DNA of 64,000 nt from Candidatus Bathyarchaeia archaeon (GTDB lineage: Archaea > Thermoproteota > Bathyarchaeia > Bathyarchaeales > Bathycorpusculaceae): contig JAVZLK010000001.1 in the NCBI GenBank assembly GCA_038883795.1, positions 128,001 to 192,000 on the forward strand, written 5' to 3'. The translations under genes were made by a program, and so were the position numbers. Within the stretch, counting starts at the first letter, position 1. Every line of letters starts with the position of its first letter. Below, in pieces: positions 10,346 through 20,203 of the stretch. The notes under the pieces were generated by a model that did not search any database, was not told the origin of the DNA, and was given only the letters and a program-made list of their open reading frames with translations.

Positions 10346-11098
10346 CTACAAAATTCCAAAACCAGCTGGAGGTATGTCACCCTTCACAACGGTTCCAGTA
10401 GCCCCATCCACTATTAGCTGGTAAGTTTTTCCCTTATACTCATATTTTACAAACCATGTTGGAGCATGGAGGTAAACTGCTTGGTTAACTTTTATTTCAC
10501 TTTTTATCTCAATTATTTTGTCCACATCTTGCTGGGCTAAGTATTTATGGTGCTCTTCGATTTCCTCTTTTGCCTTTTCCAAAGCCTCGCCTTTGTCGAT
10601 CTCGCTGTTTAATACTTTGGCATAACCTTCAATTTTCCTAAAATCATAAGGAATTTTACCCTCTAAGGGCACATCATACTCTTTTGTCGGAAATTCTGTT
10701 GCTTTTCTTGCCAAAATCAGCCAGTTATATTTTTTCTTAATTTGTCCTTCCTTGGTAACGGCTGGTGTGATGCGTTCAAAAATTCCTTTATATGTTGTTT
10801 CTGCTTCTGCTGTTATAATCCAGAAAGGTATGTAAATTAGGGATTTTTCCAAGATTTTTGATTTTCGTGCAAGGTCTGGAGGTTTTAGAAAACCAGTGTT
10901 CATCCAGCTTTTTACAAGTTCTTCAATTTGGGTTGGGTCGTATTTGTTTAGGAGCATTGAATGTTCAAAGGTGAAGGCTTTTCCAGTTTCTATCACAACG
11001 GTGTAGCCACAGTATTTGCATGTGGCTATTATCTCGCCTGGTTCGAAGGATATTGGGGCGCCACAATTCGAACACCTAATTTCTTGCACAATGGACAT
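10346..11098 (-). CDS. Zinc-ribbon protein (YdjG-like)
   Basis: CSNCGAP..CKYCG N-terminus, YIPFW, C-terminal APTWFVKYEYKGKTY..VDGATGTVVKGDIP. Confidence 0.75.
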   Translation of the reverse strand: MSIVQEIRCSNCGAPISFEPGEIIATCKYCGYTVVIETGKAFTFEHSMLLNKYDPTQIEELVKSWMNTGFLKPPDLARKSKILEKSLIYIPFWIITAEAETTYKGIFERITPAVTKEGQIKKKYNWLILARKATEFPTKEYDVPLEGKIPYDFRKIEGYAKVLNSEIDKGEALEKAKEEIEEHHKYLAQQDVDKIIEIKSEIKVNQAVYLHAPTWFVKYEYKGKTYQLIVDGATGTVVKGDIPPAGFGIL

Positions 11099-11105
11099 TT
11101 CTTTT

Positions 11106-12533
11106 TCACGCTTTTGGTTTTTCCCTCTTTATTATTTCTCTCGCCACCAAAACCCCAGAAGCTGAAGCTTGAACTAAACCTCTAGTTACGCCAGCACCAT
11201 CCCCTATAGTAAAGAGATTGCGGATTTTTGTCTCTAAACAACTGCTCAGTTGCAGTTTTGAAGAGTAAAACTTCACTTCCACACCATAGAGAAGCGTATC
11301 TCTTGAGTAAATGCCGGGTGAGATTTTGTCCAAGGCTTTAATCATTTCTCGAATATCAGAAAGGTAACGATAGGGCAAAACAAAGCTTAGGTCGCCTGGC
11401 GTAGCATTTTTTAATGTGGGGGTTATGACGCTTCTTGAGATTCTTTCGGGCGTTGATCGTCTTCCAGCTTCCAAATCGCCTAGACGCTGTATTATTACGC
11501 CTCCGCTTAGGAGGTTTGAAAGCCTAGCGAGGTATTTTCCGTAGGCTATGGGTTCTTTGAAGGGTTCGGTGAAGGATGTGCTTACAAGAATGGCGAAGTT
11601 TGTGTTTTCTGTTTTTCTTTCCGCGTAGCTTTGACCGTTCACCGTTAATACTCCGTTATAAGATTCTGTTATAACTTCGCCATATGGTGCTACACAGAAA
11701 GTGCGAACTTGGTCATCGAAGTGTTTTGAATAATATATAAGTTTGGGCTCGTAAAGGGCGCTTGTCAACTCTTCCATCACAGAAGCTAAGACTTCAACCC
11801 TTATTCCAACATCAACGGGGTTATTGAGGGTTTTTAAGCCTAAGGCTTGGGCTTCTGATTGGAGCCATTCAGCTCCGCTTCTTCCAGGCGCCACGATCAC
11901 ATATTTTGCGAAATATTTTTCGCCATTTACGGTTTCAACACCTTCGACGGCGTCGCCTTTCAATATGAGTCCTTTAACGTCAGTTTTTGGTTTGAATTCA
12001 ACTTTACCGTTTAGTTCTTGCCTCATTTTTCTTAAAGTTTGGGCGCATCTTTCTGTGCCCATGTGGCGAATTTTTTGGCGAATAAGCTTCAACCCAGCCA
12101 ATGAGGCTTTCCGTTCAATCTCTTCTACCTTTTCAATGTCGGCTCCATAACTGTGTTCGGGCGCACCAAACTTTAGGTATATAGAATCTACATAGTTTAC
12201 GAGCTCTTCAAGTTCTTTTGACGAGACATATTGGTTAAGCCAACCGCCAACCTCAGTAGATAGGGTAAGTTTACCATCGCTGAAAGCTCCAGCACCACCC
12301 CACCCAGACAAAAGCAAACATGGTTCACAGTGGACGCATTCAAAACCTCGGCTTGCCGGACATTTACGCTGATTAATATCCGGACCTCTGTCAAGTATGA
12401 GAATGCTTAGTTTGGTTTTTTCTGTAAGCTCTAAAGCAGAGAATATTCCTGCTGGGCCGGCTCCGACGATTATTACGTCGTATTTCAATGGTTTTGTCTC
12501 CTGAAACCCAGAAGTAGATGGGGTAACTTGCAT
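11106..12533 (-). CDS. FAD-dependent oxidoreductase
   Basis: YDVIIVGAGPAG, GWGGAGAFSDGKL, GDGAGVTRG; Cys cluster near N-terminus; true start may be slightly downstream. Confidence 0.88.
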   Translation of the reverse strand: MQVTPSTSGFQETKPLKYDVIIVGAGPAGIFSALELTEKTKLSILILDRGPDINQRKCPASRGFECVHCEPCLLLSGWGGAGAFSDGKLTLSTEVGGWLNQYVSSKELEELVNYVDSIYLKFGAPEHSYGADIEKVEEIERKASLAGLKLIRQKIRHMGTERCAQTLRKMRQELNGKVEFKPKTDVKGLILKGDAVEGVETVNGEKYFAKYVIVAPGRSGAEWLQSEAQALGLKTLNNPVDVGIRVEVLASVMEELTSALYEPKLIYYSKHFDDQVRTFCVAPYGEVITESYNGVLTVNGQSYAERKTENTNFAILVSTSFTEPFKEPIAYGKYLARLSNLLSGGVIIQRLGDLEAGRRSTPERISRSVITPTLKNATPGDLSFVLPYRYLSDIREMIKALDKISPGIYSRDTLLYGVEVKFYSSKLQLSSCLETKIRNLFTIGDGAGVTRGLVQASASGVLVAREIIKREKPKA

Positions 12534-12554
12534 ATATTTTTAGCGAACCACCAA

Positions 12555-12896
12555 TCATTTTTGTGTGTAAGGTATGAGGCAGAGAAACTTCACAGCTTTC
12601 GAGCCAGTATTCCTAAACTGGTGTTCTTCTTTTGGTGGAATAAAAATGACATCGCCGGGCTTAAACTTGCTTTCTTCGCCTCCGCTTTGCACTATGCCTT
12701 CGCCTTCCAAAATGAAAACTTCATGCTCCCAATCATGAGAATGCAAAGGACTGTAACCACCAGGCTCCATCTCAAAAAGCCTCATGGCAAAGTTTTTGGC
12801 GCCTATATCTTTGGTTATAAGCCATCTAACCTTCAACTTGAAAGTTCCTTTCTCCGCATCCTTAGCTTCCACACTAGTGTAGGGAAAAATTTTCAT
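12555..12896 (-). CDS. Cupin-domain protein
   Basis: PGGYSPLHSHDWEHEVFILEGEG..PGDVIFIP..EHQFRN. Confidence 0.92.
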   Translation of the reverse strand: MKIFPYTSVEAKDAEKGTFKLKVRWLITKDIGAKNFAMRLFEMEPGGYSPLHSHDWEHEVFILEGEGIVQSGGEESKFKPGDVIFIPPKEEHQFRNTGSKAVKFLCLIPYTQK

Positions 12897-12946
12897 GTTT
12901 TACTCTCTCCTTAAATAAGAAAGTTAAGTGAATTCGAAAAGATGTA

Positions 12947-13234
12947 TTAATCTTTTATGGCTTCTAGGAGGCTCATGACGTTCCACAATTTCACTCTTGT
13001 ATAAGGTGGCATGTTCGGATCCTGCAAAATCTCATCCAGAATCGAAATAGCGTTGGAAGCCCTAACCGCAGGCGTAAACTCCGTTGTCTGCAAAGCATCC
13101 ATAGAATCTTTAGCGGCTCTCCTAATATTTCGCGGCGTAGTATTATCTTCAGAAACAGCATTTAACACAGCCAAAGCCTGTTTAATCCTCTCTTCATATT
13201 CCTCAAGCTTCTTCTTCCTAACCACAACAGCCAC
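12947..13234 (-). CDS. UPF0147 family protein
   Basis: DNTTPRNIRRAA..AISILDEILQDPNMPPYTRVKLWN. Confidence 0.88.
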   Translation of the reverse strand: MAVVVRKKKLEEYEERIKQALAVLNAVSEDNTTPRNIRRAAKDSMDALQTTEFTPAVRASNAISILDEILQDPNMPPYTRVKLWNVMSLLEAIKD

Positions 13235-13298
13235 CCCACATAATTTTCAATAATAAGTTATTATAGGCTTTTATACTATTCTATTGGAGGCTTAAACC

Positions 13299-13661
13299 TT
13301 GCCACCAGAAAAAGACGAAGAAAAACATGTTAAACGAATGGCCGACCTCCTACGCCAAGGCTTAACCCTCACAGACTTAGCTTGTCCCGCTTGTGCATCC
13401 CCACTTTTCAAGCTAAAAAGCGGCGACCTTTGGTGCGCAAAATGCGAAAAAAAAGTTATAGTGGTGAAGGAAGGAGAAGAACCGAAAATAACAAGTTCCA
13501 TGGTTCTGGAAACTATGGAGGCTACACTCCTAACAAAGATACAAGAGATACAAAACAAAATGCAAAGTGAACAAAACGTAGAAGAGCTTCAAAAGCTTGG
13601 AAGGGCGCTTTCTGACTTGTTGGAGAACCTTGAAAAGCTAAGAAGGATTAAAAGGTTTTAG
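13299..13661 (+). CDS. Sjogren/scleroderma autoantigen 1 (UPF0148) zinc-ribbon protein
   Basis: MADLLRQG..CPACASPLF..CAKC; divergent from UPF0147. Confidence 0.85.
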   Translation: MPPEKDEEKHVKRMADLLRQGLTLTDLACPACASPLFKLKSGDLWCAKCEKKVIVVKEGEEPKITSSMVLETMEATLLTKIQEIQNKMQSEQNVEELQKLGRALSDLLENLEKLRRIKRF

Positions 13662-13673
13662 GCGAAAACGCAA

Positions 13674-14183
13674 ATGCTTGGGTTTTACGAAAATTTTCCT
13701 CAAACCATCCACAAAACAGCCCATTTCACTAGCGTAATCTCAAACAAACGACTACAACAAACCTTAATACGAATACTCAAAGAAATAAACGCCGAATCCT
13801 TCAAATTAGAAGAAATCGCAGACCCATCAATCCCTCAGTGCACAGTGTTTTTCGAGTTTGGCATAGCTGAAGCCAACACTTTCAACTTCCTAAGCAGTGA
13901 AGAAACAAACAAAGCATTAAAAATCATAAACAAAAAACCATTTCAGGTCATGGATTTCTTCTGCGCTATTCGATACTACAAGATGGAAAATGAACAGAAA
14001 AAGCCCTTAAAATTTGATTACTACATGATACGCTTCATATTCAACAAAAACTATGTGGAAACACAAGTTTTCCATGAAAGAGGACCAAGATACATATCAC
14101 CAGACGACCTAGCCAACCTTGTTCTTAACAAGATTAACGAGGCATTTTCAAGAAAAATATTAAAAGCCCTTCAGCCCTCATAG
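13674..14183 (+). CDS. Hypothetical protein
   Basis: 169-aa ORF 12 bp after the previous gene; FEFGIAE, LKFDYY, HERGPR. Confidence 0.65.
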   Translation: MLGFYENFPQTIHKTAHFTSVISNKRLQQTLIRILKEINAESFKLEEIADPSIPQCTVFFEFGIAEANTFNFLSSEETNKALKIINKKPFQVMDFFCAIRYYKMENEQKKPLKFDYYMIRFIFNKNYVETQVFHERGPRYISPDDLANLVLNKINEAFSRKILKALQPS

Positions 14184-14783
14184 GTTACTTTTCTTCAAAA
14201 AGTTCATAACAAAATTTAAGATGGCTTCAGCAACTTCTGCTTTGGATTTGTTTCCATCTATCCTAACAAGTTCCCCTTTCTTAATAAAATCCAAATACAC
14301 GGAGCGCACTTTTCTCTGAGTTTCCAAATCCTCCATGACAGACTTTTTGAACTTTAACCGTTTAATTGCAGTTTCTGGCTCTACATCAATAAAAATTGCC
14401 AAGTCTGGACGCAGTGCATGCCTATTTATGGCTTCAATCCACTTCAAATCAATCCCCGCAGCCCCCTGATAAGCCAGAGAAGAATAAACATAACGGTCAG
14501 AAACCACAATTTTTCCGGCATTTAAGGCTGGAACAATTTCGTTGTTAACATGTTCGAAACGGTCTGCAGCGAAAAGTAAAGCCTCCACAATAGCTGAAAC
14601 CCTTTTTCCACCATGCAAACAATACTTTCTTATAAAGCGCCCAATTTTTCCTAAACTTGGCTCCGCCGTGTAAACAGCAGCATAACCCAGTCTTTTCAAC
14701 CTTCTAACAAGAAGCTTAGTTTGTGTTGTTTTTCCACAACCATCTAACCCTTCAATGCAGATGAAACAGCCTTTCCCCCTCAT
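14178..14783 (-). CDS. tmk: Thymidylate kinase
   Basis: IEGLDGCGKTTQ, LLFAADR, DRYVYSSLAYQG. Confidence 0.95.
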   Translation of the reverse strand: MRGKGCFICIEGLDGCGKTTQTKLLVRRLKRLGYAAVYTAEPSLGKIGRFIRKYCLHGGKRVSAIVEALLFAADRFEHVNNEIVPALNAGKIVVSDRYVYSSLAYQGAAGIDLKWIEAINRHALRPDLAIFIDVEPETAIKRLKFKKSVMEDLETQRKVRSVYLDFIKKGELVRIDGNKSKAEVAEAILNFVMNFLKKSNL

Positions 14784-14872
14784 CTCATCAATCCTTTAAT
14801 CGTTTATAACATTAGGCATTATAAGTGAAGACACATTATAATAATTATTCTAGAAACAATGGAGAAAAGCCT

Positions 14873-16153
14873 ATGCCAAAAAACCATTGGGGAGAAATAA
14901 AAGACCCAGTGCATGGATACGTATACATAACAGAAGAAGAAAAGGAAATAATAGATTCTTATCCCGTGCAAAGACTGCGAAGACTGCGCCAACTGGCTGG
15001 GGCAGAATATGTTTATCCAGGAGCAAACCACACACGCTTTGAACATTCAGTAGGCGTCATGTATTTAGCTGGGAAGGTTGCCGAAAACCCAAACATCTCC
15101 CAGCACATAAGCAAAGAAGAAAGGGAGATTATTAAAATTGCCGCTTTGCTCCATGATGTTGGACACGGACCCTTCTCCCACGTTTTTGAACATTTACTTG
15201 ATAAAGAGTTAGGTAAAACCCATGAAGACATGACTTATTGGATAATTACTAACAGCGAATTAAAAGATACCATCAAAAAGTTTGGTTATAACCCCGAACA
15301 CATTGGAAAATTGGCTGTGGGAAGACTTCACAAACCCAAAAAAGCCTTTCTAGACCAAATAATAAGCAGCGCCGTAGACGTAGACAAACTAGACTTTGTG
15401 ATAAGAGATACGCATCATACAGGCGCGGAGTATGGCTTTGTTGACATTTTCAGACTAATCCATGCATTAGATGTGTTGGACGAAAATTTGGCAGTAGATT
15501 TGGGCGCCCTCTCAGCCCTCGAATCCTTCATAATCGCAAGAATAGAATCATTCAAAAGCATATACTTCCACCGAGTCGGAAGAGCCGCCCAAATAATGCT
15601 TGCCATTGCCATGGAAAAGGCAAACCCAGAACTTGAATTAACCCAATTCAAATCACCAGAAGAGTACCTCGCCATGGACGATTATACGGTCTGGACTCAG
15701 CTTAAAAAATGCAAAAAGTCAAGCGAGATTATAAAAAATCTTGAAAGGCGAAAAATGCTAAAATGCGCTTACGAATGGACCTTTTACGAAAAAGACGTAA
15801 AAATCTCAAACATTTTCAGCAAAGAAGCCCACAGAAGACAACTTCAAACAGACATTGCAAAAAAGGCGGGGGTGGAAACAGAAGCCGTAATAATAGATGT
15901 GCCAACTGTCCCATCAGTTCCCTATCACCATTCAGTTTTAATGGAACCAATGGAAATTCCATCCTTCTACAAAACCCGCGAAGGCGAAAAAGTTCAACAA
16001 TGCTTAAGTGACGTATCAAAAATTTTCGAAGTCCTAAAAGGGTTCATAAACATACTGCGTGTTTACACAAACGAAGAAAACCGTGAAAAAGTTAGTGCAG
16101 CAGCAGCAAAGATTTTAGGTGGAACCCCCACAACAGCAAGAATATCCTATTAA
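14873..16153 (+). CDS. HD-domain phosphohydrolase (SAMHD1/dNTPase-like family)
   Basis: IKDPVHG, QRLRRLRQL, HTRFEHSVGV, LLHDVGHGPFSH, DVDKLDF; ATG at 14873 preferred. Confidence 0.9.
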   Translation: MPKNHWGEIKDPVHGYVYITEEEKEIIDSYPVQRLRRLRQLAGAEYVYPGANHTRFEHSVGVMYLAGKVAENPNISQHISKEEREIIKIAALLHDVGHGPFSHVFEHLLDKELGKTHEDMTYWIITNSELKDTIKKFGYNPEHIGKLAVGRLHKPKKAFLDQIISSAVDVDKLDFVIRDTHHTGAEYGFVDIFRLIHALDVLDENLAVDLGALSALESFIIARIESFKSIYFHRVGRAAQIMLAIAMEKANPELELTQFKSPEEYLAMDDYTVWTQLKKCKKSSEIIKNLERRKMLKCAYEWTFYEKDVKISNIFSKEAHRRQLQTDIAKKAGVETEAVIIDVPTVPSVPYHHSVLMEPMEIPSFYKTREGEKVQQCLSDVSKIFEVLKGFINILRVYTNEENREKVSAAAAKILGGTPTTARISY

Positions 16154-16163
16154 AGTGTGTGAA

Positions 16164-16580
16164 ATGCAGCCAATAACAATAAAAGGAAGAAAAATAGTTG
16201 AGGGACACTGCAAAGCACAAGCCCTCGTATCCGCTAAGCCAATAAGCTTTTTGGGAGGAGTAGACCCAGACGACGGAAAAATAATCGAACGCGACCACGA
16301 TTTGTATGGAAAGTGCATAAAGGATAAAGTCTTGTGCTTTCCGCACGGGCACGGCTCGACCGTTGGCAGCTACGTGCTATATTCCCTTGCCAGAAAAAAT
16401 TGTGCGCCAAAAGCCATAATCAATCAGACTGCTGACCCAGTCGTAGTTGTTGGAGCCATAATAGCGGACATCCCAATGATTGACCAAATAGACATCAGAC
16501 GAATAATGATAGACGACATAGTAGAAGTCGACGCTTACAAAGGTTTTATCAAAATTTGGAAACAGAAAGGAGCAAGATAG
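16164..16580 (+). CDS. Aconitase X small (swivel, DUF126) subunit
   Basis: PISFLGGVDP..G..HGSTVGSYVLY..APKAII; adjacent to the large subunit. Confidence 0.88.
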   Translation: MQPITIKGRKIVEGHCKAQALVSAKPISFLGGVDPDDGKIIERDHDLYGKCIKDKVLCFPHGHGSTVGSYVLYSLARKNCAPKAIINQTADPVVVVGAIIADIPMIDQIDIRRIMIDDIVEVDAYKGFIKIWKQKGAR

Positions 16581-16582
16581 AC

Positions 16583-17755
16583 ATGTACTTAACAAAGGAA
16601 GAAGAACGCATCTACGATGGCGAGTTTGGCTGGGCAAACCAAGTATGCATGAAAATCCTCGTCCGTTTGGGCGAACTTTTCAATGCTAAAAAACTCATTC
16701 CAATAAGCTCCGCCCACGTTTCAGGAGTTTCCTATAAAACCTTAGGAGACGCACCCACAGAATTCCTAGAAGCCTTGGCAAAGGCAGGTGCGAAAGTAAA
16801 AGTAAAATCAACACTAAACCCCCAAAGCCTCGACTGTAATCTCCTCTGCAAAAGGCTTCCATTTGACTTGCATGAAAAGCAAAGGAATGTTCTGAATTAC
16901 TTTGAGAAAATGGAGTTTACGCCCTCACTAACATGCACGCCATACTATTTAGAAGAAACCAAAAAGGGCTCTCATTTGGCATGGGCTGAATCTTCAGCAG
17001 TAGTTTATGCAAATTCGGTCCTTGGAGCGTGGACAAATCGGGAAGGAGGACCCAGCGCCCTTGCAGCGGCAATAATAGGGAAAACACCAGATTATGGCAT
17101 GCATCAAGCTGAAAATCGCCAACCGAAGGTTTTAGTGAAATTAGAAAAACCGTTAATAAATGAGGTTGAGTTTGGTGCTTTAGGGATTTTTTTAGGCGAA
17201 ATTTTGAAAGACGAAATCCCAATAATCCAAGGTTTAGAAAAAGCTTCAAAGGATAACCTAAAACAGTTGGGAGCAGCTCTTGCAACTACTGGAATGGCAA
17301 ACATGTTCTACCACAAGCCCCTACGCATAAAAACCGAAAAAATTGAAAAAGTAAGTGTGCAAACTGAAGATTTAAAAAGAACAATTGAAGAACTGACTAC
17401 AACAACGCAAAAACCAGACCTAATTTTTGTAGGATGCCCCCACTGTTCCCTAGATGAAATTATGCAAATTGCAGAGTTAATAGGTAATAGAAAAATTAAA
17501 AGTGAAATAGAATTTTGGGTTTGCGCATCCCGCTATATCAAAGAAAAAGCCGGAAAATATGTGGAGAAAATAGAAAAAAGTGGATCCTACGTGCTCACTG
17601 ATACATGTGCTGTTGTCACTTGGACAGAAAAGCTTGGAATAAAAACAATAATGACAAACTCCGCAAAAACAGCCCATTATGCTCCTACGCTAAACAAAGC
17701 ACAAACGATACTTGCACCCTTAAAAGAGTGCATAAAAAAGGCTTGCGAAGGATAA
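16583..17755 (+). CDS. Aconitase X large subunit (DUF521); putative phosphomevalonate dehydratase
   Basis: AHVSGVSY, TCTPY, AWAESSAVVYANSVLGA.TNREG, GCPH, DTC, TNSAK. Confidence 0.88.
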   Translation: MYLTKEEERIYDGEFGWANQVCMKILVRLGELFNAKKLIPISSAHVSGVSYKTLGDAPTEFLEALAKAGAKVKVKSTLNPQSLDCNLLCKRLPFDLHEKQRNVLNYFEKMEFTPSLTCTPYYLEETKKGSHLAWAESSAVVYANSVLGAWTNREGGPSALAAAIIGKTPDYGMHQAENRQPKVLVKLEKPLINEVEFGALGIFLGEILKDEIPIIQGLEKASKDNLKQLGAALATTGMANMFYHKPLRIKTEKIEKVSVQTEDLKRTIEELTTTTQKPDLIFVGCPHCSLDEIMQIAELIGNRKIKSEIEFWVCASRYIKEKAGKYVEKIEKSGSYVLTDTCAVVTWTEKLGIKTIMTNSAKTAHYAPTLNKAQTILAPLKECIKKACEG

Positions 17756-17800
17756 GGTTTATTCGAGGGAAAAAGCATCTTGCATGATGCCACAAAAAGC

Positions 17801-17875
17801 GCTCCGGTAGTATAGCCCGGTCAAGTATTCCGGCCTTTCGAGCCGGAGACGCGGGTCCGAATCCCGCCCGGAGCA
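17801..17875 (+). tRNA. tRNA-Glu(TTC)
   Basis: GCTCCGG acceptor stem, CCGGC-CT-TTC-GA-GCCGG anticodon arm, GCGGG-TCCGAAT-CCCGC T arm. Confidence 0.93.
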
Positions 17876-18016
17876 TTAAATTTTAAGCTCATTTTGGGCT
17901 TATTTTTAACTAAAAAGGCTGATTTGAGTTAATTGAAGTTAATTTGGAAGCAAGCTAAAAATAGAACACAAAATTACTGGCAAAAACACCACTGCGATTT
18001 TAAGCTTAATATTAGT

Positions 18017-18268
18017 TTAGTAGACACGTTTACGATGACCTACAACTAACAAGAATACTTGGTTTTTCTTAATCTGATAGAGAACTCTGTAATCGCCTAT
18101 TCTTAAGGAGTAAACACCTTTCCATTCACCGCGTAAAGGCTTTCCTAGGTAAGGGTTAGTCTTTAGCATGTTGATTTCTCGAATTATCCGTACCTGAATT
18201 TCTCTGTTTAAAGCTTTGATGTTCTTTAAAAAGCGCGGCGTAAACCGAATTTCAAATTTCGCTTTCAA
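18017..18268 (-). CDS. RelE/ParE-family toxin
   Basis: NPYLGKPLRG..YSLRIGDYRVLY..VGHRKRVY. Confidence 0.92.
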   Translation of the reverse strand: MKAKFEIRFTPRFLKNIKALNREIQVRIIREINMLKTNPYLGKPLRGEWKGVYSLRIGDYRVLYQIKKNQVFLLVVGHRKRVY

Positions 18269-18452
18269 GGTTTAACTCTCTTATAAGCTCATTCAATGGT
18301 CTAGTCTTGCCCTCTTCAACCTCGCGTAATGCAATCTTCAAATCTCTAACAAGCTTCTTATCCTGCATAACCTCAAGAGTTTCCAATAATTCATCTATTA
18401 AAATTGCGGCTTTTGTAAGTAACTCTTTCTCTTCCGCTGTCAAGATAGGCAT
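18252..18452 (-). CDS. Cognate antitoxin (RelB/Phd C-terminal-like)
   Basis: Small acidic ORF overlapping the toxin start; ELLETLEVMQDKKLV..EVEEGKTRPL. Confidence 0.82.
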   Translation of the reverse strand: MPILTAEEKELLTKAAILIDELLETLEVMQDKKLVRDLKIALREVEEGKTRPLNELIRELNLESEI

Positions 18453-18631
18453 TTACCTTTCACAACCTCTCATAATGTAAGATCTCTACGGGCATCTTAA
18501 CTTTTACGCTCAAAACAGACACAAAAAGACGATAAACAGAATTTGGTTCATCTTGAAATTTGAACAAGTCTTTCTATGAAATCTTCAAATATACAAGAGA
18601 AATTAATTTTTCATGGTGGAGGTGAATAGCA

Positions 18632-20140
18632 CTGTCGTCGGATTTACTTTCTAAGTATTTAATAGAGGCAGAAGAACATATTAAGAATGCGAAGGAACAA
18701 AGTCGAAGCGCCGGCGATGCAGAACAAACAGGTAAAATTGAGGATGCTGCTAAGTTTTATTACTCGGCTGGAAGAGAGTATTTTCTAGCCGCTGTTAAGT
18801 TCAAAATGATTTTAATGTTTTTAAAATACTTATCAGAACCCTCGCTTACAGATGACAAATCGCCTAAGTTAAGGTTAATTGATGCGCTCGAAGGCAGTTG
18901 TAGTTGTTACGAAAAAGCGGCTCAACTTTTCAAAAATGTTGATAACCGATTTATTGAATCGGAGGCTTATGGGAAGGCTGCATTAAATTACATTGAACTT
19001 GCCGAATTAAAGAATGAGAAAGCATTAAAAAGAGAGATTAAAGAAGACAAACTTTCAACATGTGTCGGAGAAATCCAACTCTTCACATATGCTAGAGATA
19101 CACCTCTTGGTAAAGCCATTACTGCTTATCATAATGCCGCATTAGCGCTATATGACCTTGGAATGAAGTATAGAAACTCTGGTGAAATCGATAAGGCATA
19201 CGTGATCATTGGTGAAATGGGTGATGCCTATCTAAGTATAGGGTTACTATACGAAAACGAGGAGCTTGAATCGGCTGTTGAAAATTTCTTTTACGCTGCA
19301 GAAGCATATAAGGAGAGTGGGTTGCTTTCACGAAAAGTGGGAATACCAACAATAGTTCACCATGCACGACTTGAGTGGAGATATGCAACAAGGAATGCCA
19401 AAGAATTTTTCAAAGATGAGAGAGGCTACTACACCCTCGATGATGTAAGGAGAGCCGTCAAAACCTACGAGAAAACGAGAGAATTAGCCGCGAAAATGAA
19501 TAACAAAGAAATTGTGTATAAATGCTCAAAAGCTATAATGCTTCTCTCAGCGGATGTTAAAGAGCCAAGAGATTCGATAAAAAGTTGTCAAGAAATTTGT
19601 GAAGCGCTATCAGAATTTGTGATTCTGCCTATAGACTTGAGCAATAAGCAACTTGAGGCTGCTGATAAGGAAGTTATCCGTTCAAGTCTGAGGAAGTATT
19701 CTGATGACCCTAAACAAGGCGCATACCAACTTATCAGCTACTTAGAAACGAGGCTTAGGTCGTACATTAAAGAAAAACTTAGTTCAACCAATCCGGCAAA
19801 TTGGTTTAAAGAGTTAGTTATTCCTGCTATGAACCCGGACGATTTAAGGATCATCGGTTTAAACTACAATCGAGAAACTGGTAAAAATCCAGATGACCTG
19901 CTGAATGAAGAAAACCCACTTAATTTTGCAAACATCAATCATTTGCAGAAAATCATTTCCAATAATAGACTTTGGGAGAGTTATTTTAAAAACGACTTTA
20001 TAAATTTGGAGGAATTCAACGCTAACATGTCGATTATTGTTAGAATAAGGCATCCAACAATGCATACAAGAGAGACGAACATTTTCGAAGCTGCAGTAAC
20101 TCCAGCGATATGGATTCTGGAAAGACTCAGAATTAGCTAA
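18632..20140 (+). CDS. Helical-repeat (TPR/SNAP-like) protein with C-terminal Swt1-like HEPN domain
   Basis: Repeated A..Y..AA..Y helices; YLETRLRSYI..NW and RHPTMH (R-x4-H); frame stays open upstream of ATG 18806 to CTG 18632, which follows GGAGGTGA. Confidence 0.7.
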   Translation: MSSDLLSKYLIEAEEHIKNAKEQSRSAGDAEQTGKIEDAAKFYYSAGREYFLAAVKFKMILMFLKYLSEPSLTDDKSPKLRLIDALEGSCSCYEKAAQLFKNVDNRFIESEAYGKAALNYIELAELKNEKALKREIKEDKLSTCVGEIQLFTYARDTPLGKAITAYHNAALALYDLGMKYRNSGEIDKAYVIIGEMGDAYLSIGLLYENEELESAVENFFYAAEAYKESGLLSRKVGIPTIVHHARLEWRYATRNAKEFFKDERGYYTLDDVRRAVKTYEKTRELAAKMNNKEIVYKCSKAIMLLSADVKEPRDSIKSCQEICEALSEFVILPIDLSNKQLEAADKEVIRSSLRKYSDDPKQGAYQLISYLETRLRSYIKEKLSSTNPANWFKELVIPAMNPDDLRIIGLNYNRETGKNPDDLLNEENPLNFANINHLQKIISNNRLWESYFKNDFINLEEFNANMSIIVRIRHPTMHTRETNIFEAAVTPAIWILERLRIS

Positions 20141-20203
20141 CAGTGTAACGTCGACTAATTTACTGGTAAATTTGTGCGCCGTTCCCGCCCGGAGCATTTA
20201 ATT

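Noticed and set aside
16164-17755. Aconitase X pair as a novel system
   Set aside because: It matches the known two-subunit AcnX of the archaeal modified mevalonate pathway; the substrate is not proven but the system is described.
17685-17876. 63-aa minus-strand ORF
   Set aside because: It is antisense to tRNA-Glu and the AcnX 3' end.
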